From: Candidatus Sulfomarinibacter sp.
GTDB taxonomy: Bacteria; Acidobacteriota; Thermoanaerobaculia; Thermoanaerobaculales; Sulfomarinibacteraceae
Direction of reading: 5' to 3'
Assembly: GCA_041560205.1 (NCBI GenBank)
Contig: JBFFBV010000012.1
Span: 2,208-66,207 of the forward strand
Length of the DNA stretch: 64,000 nucleotides
Under the pieces are notes generated by a model. It was not told where the DNA came from and ran no database searches. It saw only the letters and a list, made by a program, of their open reading frames with translations. Each line of letters starts with the position of its first letter. Within the stretch, counting starts at the first letter, position 1. Below, piece by piece: positions 8,832 through 16,903 of this stretch. The position numbers and the translations under genes are program-made.

Positions 8832-9464
8832 TTGGATCGTGCAGCACGTGCCGTGGCCGTAGCCGACCTGCTCGCGCAGGCGTACCCGGACGCGGCCATC
8901 GAGCTCGACTACCGATCGCGGTGGGAGCTCCTGGTGGCGACGGTTCTCTCCGCTCAGTGCACCGACGCCAGGGTGAACCAGGTCACACCGGGTCTTTTTG
9001 CTCGCTGGGCGGGTCCTTCAGACCTGGCGGCGGCGCCCCAGGGTGAGGTCGAAGAGGTCATCCGGTCGACCGGTATGTTCCGCCAGAAAGCGGCTTCCCT
9101 CCGTGCCGCCGCCGGCATCATCGCCACCGAGCACAAGGGGGAAGTCCCCGGAGATCTTGACGCGTTGGTCGCGCTGCCCGGGGTTGGTCGCAAGACGGCG
9201 AAGGTGGTGCTCGGCGAAGGCTTCGGGATCGCCGCCGGTGTGACGGTGGACACGCATGTGCGGCGACTCGCCCGGCGTCTTGGTCTGACCCGCCTCGAGG
9301 ACCCGGAGAAGATCGCTGCCGAGATCGAGGCTTTGCTGCCGAAGAACGAGTGGATCGATTTCTCGACGCGCCTGATCCTGCATGGCCGTCGGGTGTGCTC
9401 CGCGCGTTCGCCCCGGTGTGAGGAGTGCGTTCTCGAGGAGGTCTGCCCGAAGATAGGGTTTTAA
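8832..9464 (+). CDS. nth: Endonuclease III
   Basis: HhH-GPD motif LPGVGRKTAKVVL and a C-terminal 4Fe-4S cluster CSARSPRCEECVLEEVC. Start is uncertain (TTG 8832 or GTG 8853); the longer track ORF 8556.. overlaps the kinase gene. Confidence 0.88.
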   Translation: MDRAARAVAVADLLAQAYPDAAIELDYRSRWELLVATVLSAQCTDARVNQVTPGLFARWAGPSDLAAAPQGEVEEVIRSTGMFRQKAASLRAAAGIIATEHKGEVPGDLDALVALPGVGRKTAKVVLGEGFGIAAGVTVDTHVRRLARRLGLTRLEDPEKIAAEIEALLPKNEWIDFSTRLILHGRRVCSARSPRCEECVLEEVCPKIGF

Positions 9465-9495
9465 CCCTGCGAGCGCTTCTCGCTCCGGTGTGTCA

Positions 9496-9575
9496 GGTGC
9501 CACCCCTCACATTGTCTGGCCCGGGAATACATGCTTCATGAGCGCGCGCCGCCAGACAATATGAGGGGTGGCACC
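9496..9575. repeat. Palindromic element, GGTGCCAC...GTGGCACC family, copy 1
   Basis: 25-nt arms GGTGCCACCCCTCACATTGTCTGGC / GCCAGACAATATGAGGGGTGGCACC (1 mismatch) with a 30-nt spacer. It sits between the convergent nth and acyltransferase genes. Confidence 0.8.
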
Positions 9576-9590
9576 GATGGCGTCGAAGTC

Positions 9591-10511
9591 TCATAGCGTG
9601 TTTCGATTGGGCTGATGCTTCACTGGCTGCGTCCTCCACCGCCGATGCATCCACACCCACTGCTCGGGGTGCGCGCGCACCTGGCGCTCGATGACGGCGG
9701 TGGCCGCTGCAGTGAGTTCATGCACGCGATCCTCCAGGGATCCGTCCATCGGAGTCGGGAGAGGAGGGTGGATTTCGGCCTTGTGACTGCCGTCCCGCCG
9801 GCGGTGGATGAAACCCGGCACCATTGGGCAGCCTTTGCGGATGGCCAGCATCGCGGCCCCCGACGGCGTCCACGCCGGGCGGTTGAAGAAGGGGACAAAG
9901 ACTCCGGGGATGTCGCGAATGTCCTGGTCGACGAGCAGGGCTGCGACCCGGTTCCCGGTCAGTGTGCTCACCATTTTCTTGCCCGCCGACGGTCCTCGGA
10001 GAATCACCTCGGTGCCGAATCGGCTTCGCATCGCGGTGATGAGACGGTCGAGCCGGGGATCGTCGAGCTCCCGAGCTGCCGTTGCCAGCGGTACGCCGGC
10101 AATCGGCAGCCTGGCGCTGAGCAGCTCCCAGGTACCGCAGTGGGCGGTGGCGAAGATCACGCCGCGCCCGTCCTCGAGAGCCTGGAAGAAGTTCTCGACG
10201 CCCTCCAATTCGCAAAGATCCTCGACCTCGTGCGGCCGCGCGTGCCACAGCCATGCGACCTCGGCAATCATCAATCCGAAGTGGCGAGCGCAGCCGCGCA
10301 TCAAGGCGGCGAGCTCTGCGTCATCCAATTCGGGGAAAGCGATTTCGAGGTGTTCTCGAATTCGGCGACGACTCCGGGGCAACAACCCGAGGGCAGACCG
10401 CCCGAGGACCTGACCGATCGGCCGGGACAGGGAGAGAGGAAGCCTTCCACCAAGAGCCAGAAATCCACGCAGGCCACTGTAGAGAGCGAAGCTCCCCGCG
10501 CGAGAGGTCAT
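9591..10511 (-). CDS. Lipid A biosynthesis (LpxL/HtrB-family) lysophospholipid acyltransferase
   Basis: 306 aa with the catalytic HX4E-type motif AHCGTWEL and typical family length and topology. Confidence 0.78.
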   Translation of the reverse strand: MTSRAGSFALYSGLRGFLALGGRLPLSLSRPIGQVLGRSALGLLPRSRRRIREHLEIAFPELDDAELAALMRGCARHFGLMIAEVAWLWHARPHEVEDLCELEGVENFFQALEDGRGVIFATAHCGTWELLSARLPIAGVPLATAARELDDPRLDRLITAMRSRFGTEVILRGPSAGKKMVSTLTGNRVAALLVDQDIRDIPGVFVPFFNRPAWTPSGAAMLAIRKGCPMVPGFIHRRRDGSHKAEIHPPLPTPMDGSLEDRVHELTAAATAVIERQVRAHPEQWVWMHRRWRTQPVKHQPNRNTL

Positions 10512-10568
10512 GTCGGGAGTGTAACTGAGCAGGGGGGAAGGGGAGCAGCTGTCCTGATCATATTTGAT

Positions 10569-10616
10569 GCCCTCACGCCCTCACGCCCTCACGCTTTCAC
10601 GCCCTCAGGCCCTCAA
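10569..10616. repeat. Octamer tandem repeat (GCCCTCAC) x6
   Basis: Read directly: GCCCTCAC GCCCTCAC GCCCTCAC GCTTTCAC GCCCTCAG GCCCTCAA. It lies in the 133-bp intergenic gap. Confidence 0.9.
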
Positions 10617-10644
10617 GCTTGCTCTCTCCTTTTCTCGACTGAGG

Positions 10645-12753
10645 TCAGCCGTTCCACGCTTCGATGCGGATAATGGTCGCGGCACCTACGTCCGTCTCGA
10701 CGACGTCACCCGTCGATTTGCCCATCATCCGCTGGGCGAGCTCCGACCCGTTGGCGAAGATTCGGCGATCGAGGTCCGCGTCCCACACACCGAGAATCGT
10801 GATCGGCTCGAGGGTTGTGCCGTCATCGCCCTCGAGGTGCACGACGGTGCCGATGTTGACGCTTGAGGTGTCGGCGGCACCGGGCTCGAGGATGCGTACG
10901 ACGGCGAGCTCTTCCTGGAGTTTGGCCGCCCGCGCCGACTGGAGCTCCTGCCGGTCGCGCAGCATGTGGTATTCGAAATTTTCTCGAAGATCGCCCTCGG
11001 CTGCCGCAGCGTTGATCCCCTTGAGGGTTTTCGGGATCTCCACCTCGAGCAGCACACGGAGCTCCTCCCGTTTTTCTTCCAGCGCAGTTCGGGTCGCTGC
11101 CAGAATCGGCTGGACCGGGCCGTCGGTCTCTTTTCGCTGATGTTGGGCGGCCTGCTCCACGAGGCGCTGGCGCTGTGGTTCCACGATATCGAGACGAGAG
11201 ATTCTCTGGCTGAACCGGGCCGCCTGCTGAGCGTTTGCCGATTCCATGAGCAGACGGATAGCCACCTTGCCGCCGTCGAGCAATCCCTTGGCGCGAGCCC
11301 GGAAGGAGGAAAATTCCTTGCGAGTGAGAGCGTCCGGCAGCTTTTCCAGCAGCGACGGAGTCATGCGGGTCTTCACCGCGAGCGGACACTCATCCTCGGC
11401 CATCGACTCGCAGGCCCACACGAACTGAGCGGGGTGATCGTTGTGGTTGCGAAAGACCGCCTCCATGGACTGATCGACGAGATTGGCCTGCCCCTGTCCC
11501 TCCAGCGTCGAGGCGATCTCTCGCAGGACCTGGGGCGTGTCCTCGTGCAGCAGCCACTCGGCCCAGACCTCCGCCCAGCTCCCGTCGGGGCGCTCGGCGA
11601 TTGCCGCAAGCGCTTCGGATCGGGAAACTCGGTCGGTGACACCCGACAGAAGGGCGAGCGGCTCGACCTCATGAATGAGCTGCGTCCGGATCGATGATGC
11701 TGTCTCACCTCCTCCTGGGAGGGAGGACAGGACACCAGCCGTTTGCCAGGCGAGACCGGGGGCCTTCTCCGCGAGCTCGGACAGTGAATCCGAGAGCACC
11801 TGTGCGGCCTTCGCGGCAGCCTCCTGACCACGCTCGCCGAGCCGTTTTGCTATCGCCAGCCGGTCGGCCGGCGCAGCCGCGCGCAGCTCCTCCAAACGCG
11901 ACTCATCCGCGCTTTCGGCGCTCGTGCTGACCGCGTAGCGGAGGCGAGATCCCGAGCCCGAAGAGAGCACTCGCGGGTTCTTCCTCGCTTTGGACCACCA
12001 TGAGGTCCATTTGGCGGGCGGGAGCAATCCATCGAGAGCGGTTTTGATGGCGGAGACATCGGATGGCGCTCCCAGGCTTTCGAGCACCTCCGCCAGCGCT
12101 TCTCCGGGCTCTTGCGCCACGAATTCCGCGAGAAGCTCCGGGTCTTCAACCTTGCGGCGTCTGAAATCTCCCTCGGGCAGCGGACGGAGGTGCCGACCGG
12201 CGGCGCCGACAGGAATCGACACCGGACGCGAACCGCCGAGGTCGACCTTGATGTTCCCGAGCTCGAGGTTGAGGTCGACCACTCTGCCGACCCCCTGTCC
12301 GGAAACCTCGACCACGGTACCGAGGTCGTGATCGAGCCAGCGCTCCGCCTTTTCGAGCTCTTCGGTGGGACGTATCGCTCTGACCATTTCGTGTTTCGTG
12401 AGCACCGGCTCGAGCGAGGGGCTTTGAGACCGGACCCTCGAAAATGCTGCAACCATCCGCTCGGTCAGCTCGACGGGAGGTTTTGGGCTCGCGAGGCGAA
12501 CCAGCTCGCGAAGGGCGGCAAGCGCCTCGGACGGCTCGGCGCCCTCTTCCAGAGCCTCGGCCAGGATCTCGAGCAGCGTTTTCGCGAGGTTCTTGCGGCC
12601 GCCCTTCCAGATCAGCCTTCGGACTTCGAGCAGCTCGCGGGTGGCAGTCGGCGACTCTTCGAGGGCCTCCAACCAGAGCTCCTCGACCCGGTCCCAGTCC
12701 TCTCCCTCGATGGCCTCGGCGAATTCCGGTCTGATTTCGATTCTCTCTGTCAT
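10645..12753 (-). CDS. Large GreA/GreB-domain protein (702 aa)
   Basis: The C-terminal ~160 aa carry the Gre coiled-coil tip motif GDLRENFEYHMLRDRQ (compare GreA GDLSENAEYH) and a Gre C-terminal FKBP-like domain (VNIGTVVHLEGDDG...ITILGVWDAD). The N-terminal ~540 aa are unassigned. Confidence 0.75.
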   Translation of the reverse strand: MTERIEIRPEFAEAIEGEDWDRVEELWLEALEESPTATRELLEVRRLIWKGGRKNLAKTLLEILAEALEEGAEPSEALAALRELVRLASPKPPVELTERMVAAFSRVRSQSPSLEPVLTKHEMVRAIRPTEELEKAERWLDHDLGTVVEVSGQGVGRVVDLNLELGNIKVDLGGSRPVSIPVGAAGRHLRPLPEGDFRRRKVEDPELLAEFVAQEPGEALAEVLESLGAPSDVSAIKTALDGLLPPAKWTSWWSKARKNPRVLSSGSGSRLRYAVSTSAESADESRLEELRAAAPADRLAIAKRLGERGQEAAAKAAQVLSDSLSELAEKAPGLAWQTAGVLSSLPGGGETASSIRTQLIHEVEPLALLSGVTDRVSRSEALAAIAERPDGSWAEVWAEWLLHEDTPQVLREIASTLEGQGQANLVDQSMEAVFRNHNDHPAQFVWACESMAEDECPLAVKTRMTPSLLEKLPDALTRKEFSSFRARAKGLLDGGKVAIRLLMESANAQQAARFSQRISRLDIVEPQRQRLVEQAAQHQRKETDGPVQPILAATRTALEEKREELRVLLEVEIPKTLKGINAAAAEGDLRENFEYHMLRDRQELQSARAAKLQEELAVVRILEPGAADTSSVNIGTVVHLEGDDGTTLEPITILGVWDADLDRRIFANGSELAQRMMGKSTGDVVETDVGAATIIRIEAWNG

Positions 12754-12807
12754 CCGCGCGCTCCCTCGTGCCTGTCGGGCCGTGGATTGTAGCAGGCGCC
12801 CAAGAAT

Positions 12808-12840
12808 GAGTTAAGAGTTTTGAGTTACGAGTTTTGAGTG
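12808..12840. repeat. Heptamer tandem repeat (GAGTTNN) x5
   Basis: GAGTTAA GAGTTTT GAGTTAC GAGTTTT GAGTG, located 55 bp upstream of the GreA-like start codon. Confidence 0.85.
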
Positions 12841-12857
12841 CCGGCCCACCCAAAAAC

Positions 12858-12930
12858 CGCCAAGCCGCCCCTCCGCCCAAACGCGCAAAGGACGCCAAGC
12901 CGACCACCCCTCCGCCCACGCGAAAAAACG
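12858..12930. repeat. Tandem ~35-bp direct repeat x2
   Basis: CGCCAAGCCGCCCCTCCGCCCAAACGCGCAAAG followed by CGCCAAGCCGACCACCCCTCCGCCCACGCGAAAAAACG. Confidence 0.75.
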
Positions 12931-13284
12931 GTTGCCGAATCTGAAACGTGGTCTCTTCTCGTGACGGCAGAACGGCCGACGAAGCCTGTTTCCATTCGGC
13001 GGTTGAGAACCCGCCATACAGAGGAGTCATCCGAGATCCCCTCTGCGTCTCTTCGTCTTTTCCGGGTGACCGGATCTGTGTGATCTGTGGGTCGTATGAG
13101 TGGTTTTTGAGGGTTTGCGCCGCTGCGGGTGAAAGGACAGGTTGAATGAACGAGGTAACTCAAGGAGACGCACCGCATTCCAGACAGAGGGAATTGTCTG
13201 CGTCTCTCTGCGTGATCTGCGCTTGCTCCTCGGTGGGCGGCCGGCTTGGTGGTTTTGGTGCCTTGGTGGCGAACAGACCTCTGC

Positions 13285-15240
13285 TCAGCTTTTGGCTTGG
13301 GAGCCAGGAATCCGCAAGACGTCCCCGGGATAGATTCGCGACGAGCGGAGCCCGTTGGCCCGGCGGAGCTCCGAGATCGAGACGCCGAACCGGCGCGCAA
13401 TGTCGTACAGGGTGTCGCCCTTCTGAACCTCGTAGGTTCCGGGCTCTGGTCTCGTGCGAGCGGGAGCGCTGGATTCCATCCGAGCCGGTATCTGAAGCTC
13501 CTTGCCCGGATAGATGCGCGATGATCTGAGCCCGTTGAGCTGTTTGATCGCGCTGATCGAGACCTCGTATTCGCGCGCGATGTCGTACAGGGTGTCGCCG
13601 GCGCGGACCGTGTACATCGTTCCGCTTGCTCGCTGAGGCGCCTGCCGGACCGTCGTGGCAGACATCGTCCCGCCGTCGGGGATCGTCAGCCGTTCGCCCG
13701 GCCGGATGACATCGTGGCGGGAGAGACCGTTGGCGGCACACAGGCTGTCGACCGAGATCGAAAACCCTCGGGCGATATCCCACAGCGTGTCGTTCCTGCG
13801 CACGACGTAGACACCGCGCTCGGCGGTTCTCTGTGGACTGTGATCTGGTCTGCTGACTCCGTTGCCCAGGCGCGGTACGATCAGCGTCTGTCCCGGACGG
13901 ATCAGGCTCCCGCGGAGCGAGTTCGCCTGCCGGATCGCGCTCACGCTCGATCCGTATTTGCGAGCAATGCCATAGAGGCTGTCGCCACTGCGGACGGTAT
14001 GGATCATGCGCGGCGCCCACTGGTCTCGTGGCGTGGATTCGAGGACCGCAGTTGCCGCCGCAGTCGTTCCCGGCGGAACGCGGAGAGTGGTCGTGCTTCG
14101 CGCCGGAGTCAGGTCGCGCCGGATCGCCGGGTTGAGCTCTCGAAGATCGTCAATCGGAATTCCGGACCCCTTGGCGAGGAACTGGAGATCGAGGGCGTCC
14201 GGCACTTCGATCGTCTCGAAGGTCCAAGGTTTTTCGACCGGCGCCGTAAAGCCGTACTTCTCGGGCTGTTTGGCGACGATGACCGAGGCGATGAACGCCG
14301 GCACGTAATTGCGGGTCTCCCGAGGCAGGTAACGGCGGAGGTCCCAGAAATCCCTGCTCCCCGAGCGCCGTATCGCACGCCGCACGTTGCCGGCTCCGGA
14401 ATTGTATGCGGCCAGCGCGAGATACCAGTCGTCGAATTGTTCGTGGAGATCCGCGAGGTAAGCGATCGCGGCATCGGTGGACAGCTCCGGATCGCGCCGC
14501 TCGTCGACCAGGGATCCCACATCGAGTCCATAATGGCGTCCGGTCGAAGCGATGAACTGCCACATGCCGTGGGCGCGGGCCCGAGAGTAGGCCCTCACAG
14601 AGAATGCCGATTCGATCAGTGGCAGGTAGGACAGGTCCTGCGGCAGGCCGGCGGCTTCGAAACGGCTCCGAATCATGGGCAGAAAGGTGCCGGCGCGCGA
14701 CAGACCTGTTTCGATGCGTTGGTTGTACTCCCCGCGCGAGACCATCGCCTCGAGGAATCGTTCGACCGTCGAGTTCAGCAGGAGGGGGAAATCGCTCGGA
14801 GGAAGGGGGCTTTCAACCACCGATTCGACGACTTCGGCATCGTCAACGAAGAGATCGATCGGAGGCAGAACGACGAACTCGTCCGTGGCCTCGATCTCGT
14901 CCTCGATCGGTTGCAGGGCCTCCTCGATCTCGTTGGCCTCGTCGATCAGCTCGGCGAGATAGTCGAGATACCGGCCCCCTGGCTCATACCCGGCTGGAGC
15001 GTCCAGCACCGCGCAGATCGCGTCGTCTGCCAATGAGATCGCCCCTTCTTCGTTGCCCTGCCCACGCAGCCTCTGCGCTCCCTCCATCAGATCGTCGGCC
15101 AACTCCCGAGTGGACTCCTCCCACTGGCGGTGCGTCTCGACGACCTCGTCGGCTGCTGAGGTCTGGCGGGCGGGTTCCTGGACCGAGCTGCAGGACGAGA
15201 GCAGCAGGGGCAACGCCGCCGCGATCAGTGATCGCCACAT
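13285..15240 (-). CDS. mltD: Lipoprotein lytic transglycosylase with four LysM domains (MltD-like)
   Basis: Lipobox signal MWRSLIAAALPLLLSSC. SLT catalytic region LPLIESAF...GMWQF...AYNSGAGNV. Four C-terminal LysM repeats (H/YTVRxGDTLYDIAR...). Confidence 0.85.
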   Translation of the reverse strand: MWRSLIAAALPLLLSSCSSVQEPARQTSAADEVVETHRQWEESTRELADDLMEGAQRLRGQGNEEGAISLADDAICAVLDAPAGYEPGGRYLDYLAELIDEANEIEEALQPIEDEIEATDEFVVLPPIDLFVDDAEVVESVVESPLPPSDFPLLLNSTVERFLEAMVSRGEYNQRIETGLSRAGTFLPMIRSRFEAAGLPQDLSYLPLIESAFSVRAYSRARAHGMWQFIASTGRHYGLDVGSLVDERRDPELSTDAAIAYLADLHEQFDDWYLALAAYNSGAGNVRRAIRRSGSRDFWDLRRYLPRETRNYVPAFIASVIVAKQPEKYGFTAPVEKPWTFETIEVPDALDLQFLAKGSGIPIDDLRELNPAIRRDLTPARSTTTLRVPPGTTAAATAVLESTPRDQWAPRMIHTVRSGDSLYGIARKYGSSVSAIRQANSLRGSLIRPGQTLIVPRLGNGVSRPDHSPQRTAERGVYVVRRNDTLWDIARGFSISVDSLCAANGLSRHDVIRPGERLTIPDGGTMSATTVRQAPQRASGTMYTVRAGDTLYDIAREYEVSISAIKQLNGLRSSRIYPGKELQIPARMESSAPARTRPEPGTYEVQKGDTLYDIARRFGVSISELRRANGLRSSRIYPGDVLRIPGSQAKS

Positions 15241-15260
15241 CGACCCGGTGGCCGACGGTG

Positions 15261-16652
15261 TCAACGAAGATTCTCCAGATCCAGTGAAAACCGCAGGCAC
15301 AGCTTCTTGAGGCTCGCCGCATCCTCGATGTCGAGCGAAACCGGCTCGAATGAATGGATGGTGTCGCCGCCCTCGTTCTGAAGCCGAACGGCGATCTGCA
15401 TGCCTCGCATGGTCTTGAAGATGTCCGAGTTCAGGGCCTTTTCGACCTTTTGGCGAAGCTCTCGACTCTGCTCCGTGTCGCCGGAGATCAGCGAGTCGAG
15501 ATCGAGGTCTGGCGCCGAGCTCTGGAACTTGTGTTCACCGTTTTCCATAGTGGCCTGTTTGCGAAGCCCGTCGAGCTCCGCGAGGATGTCCATCTGGTTG
15601 GAGACCTGGACCCGCTTGACCTGGGGCGGATCGGCTGGAGTGGAGCTCGTCTCGGCATCGAAGGTGACCTCGATGACCTCGGAATCTTCTCCCACTCCTA
15701 GGGACGCGGCGGCCCCTTCTTCGCCGACCGGGGTGACCTCTGCGTCTGGAAACGGTTGCGAATTTCCATCGTCCATCAGAGGCGCGGGCGCTTCGGCAGC
15801 CGCCGGCGCCTCGCTCTCGGCCGAAACGAAAAGGTCGTCGTCTGGTTTCTGGGTTTTCGCGACCGGTGGAGCGTCCGCGGCACCGGCCGCAGGCGCGTGG
15901 GAAGACGGCTCAACGGTCGCCTTGGCCGCCTGATCGCCGACGCCCTCCTCGGCGGCACGGGCGAGGGATTTGGCCGAGATCTGTTGCGCGGGCTGCGGAG
16001 GTCGGACCGGTCGCACGGTCGGCGCCCCGATCTTCGAGGTCGTCGTGCCTTCCTCGGGCGCGGTCATGCGGACCTTGAGCTTCTTCAGGGTCAGCTTGGT
16101 AATCTCTTTGAGGGTCGTGATGACCCCGTCTCCGTTGACCGCCGAGGCCTCGTAGAACTGGAACTCTCCGTCTGGGTTGAGATCCACGTTGAGCTCGTCG
16201 ACGGTCAAGATGTTGGCGAGGTCGCGTTTGTTGTACTGGAGCACCATCGGAAGCTCGGAGATCTCGAGACCGAACTCCTTGAGGTTTTCGACCAGACTCT
16301 GGAAGCTCTCGATGTTGGCGTCGCGCATCGGCCGCTGGGAATCTGCCACGAAGACGAGCCCGTCGACCCCCTTGAGGACCAGCTTTCGCGTCGTGTTGTA
16401 GAAGACCTGACCGGGCACCGTGTAGAGCTGGAGCCGTGTCTTGAAACCGCCGATCGTACCGACCTCGATGGGCAACAGATCGAAGAACAGGGTCCGATCG
16501 GATTCCGTCTCGAGCGAAACCATCTCTCCACGTGATTCTGGGGAGGTTTTGGCGTAAATGTAACTGAGATTGGACGTTTTTCCGCACAGACCAGGACCGT
16601 AATACACGATCTTGGCGGCCATCTGCATTGTTGCCCAGTTGAAGAAAACCAT
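15261..16652 (-). CDS. mglA: MglA-type Ras-like GTPase with long C-terminal extension
   Basis: The N-terminal ~195 aa match MglA landmarks: KIVYYGPGLCGKT, TESDRTLFFD, YTVPGQVFY, QYNKRD. A low-complexity A/P/E linker and an unassigned ~110-aa C-terminal module follow. Confidence 0.85.
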   Translation of the reverse strand: MVFFNWATMQMAAKIVYYGPGLCGKTSNLSYIYAKTSPESRGEMVSLETESDRTLFFDLLPIEVGTIGGFKTRLQLYTVPGQVFYNTTRKLVLKGVDGLVFVADSQRPMRDANIESFQSLVENLKEFGLEISELPMVLQYNKRDLANILTVDELNVDLNPDGEFQFYEASAVNGDGVITTLKEITKLTLKKLKVRMTAPEEGTTTSKIGAPTVRPVRPPQPAQQISAKSLARAAEEGVGDQAAKATVEPSSHAPAAGAADAPPVAKTQKPDDDLFVSAESEAPAAAEAPAPLMDDGNSQPFPDAEVTPVGEEGAAASLGVGEDSEVIEVTFDAETSSTPADPPQVKRVQVSNQMDILAELDGLRKQATMENGEHKFQSSAPDLDLDSLISGDTEQSRELRQKVEKALNSDIFKTMRGMQIAVRLQNEGGDTIHSFEPVSLDIEDAASLKKLCLRFSLDLENLR

Positions 16653-16903
16653 GCCTTAGTTGCGACCTTGTCCGCAAATTCCAAGCTAACACACTGCCCC
16701 ACAACGGTCAATCATCACAGTCGGTTGCGACTTCCAGGGGGGGTTTGGGGGCTGTCTGGGGGCCATGTCGGACGCGGAGGGCGGGGCCGTTCGGTGCTAC
16801 AATTGAGCGGGTCGATCCGGGCGTCCCCGGGACGCGTTCAGCGCCCGAAATCCGGGCCGCTGGGGACAGGCTCATTGACCGAAGAATACGCAGGAGATTC
16901 GAG

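Noticed and set aside
7096-8847. 583-aa minus-strand ORF
   Set aside because: It is antisense to the TGS-nucleoside kinase gene. Its Arg/Leu/Val/Asp-rich composition is typical of shadow ORFs in high-GC DNA, and it has no recognisable motifs.
10569-10616. Possible CRISPR array (also considered for the other short tandem repeats)
   Set aside because: The units are 6-8 bp and contiguous, with no spacers. There are no 25-40-bp repeats with unique spacers and no cas genes in the window.
16665-16700. Possible CIRCE element (TTAG...GCTAA)
   Set aside because: Spacing (34 bp overall) and arm sequence do not match TTAGCACTC-N9-GAGTGCTAA. It is kept only as a note under the hrcA finding.
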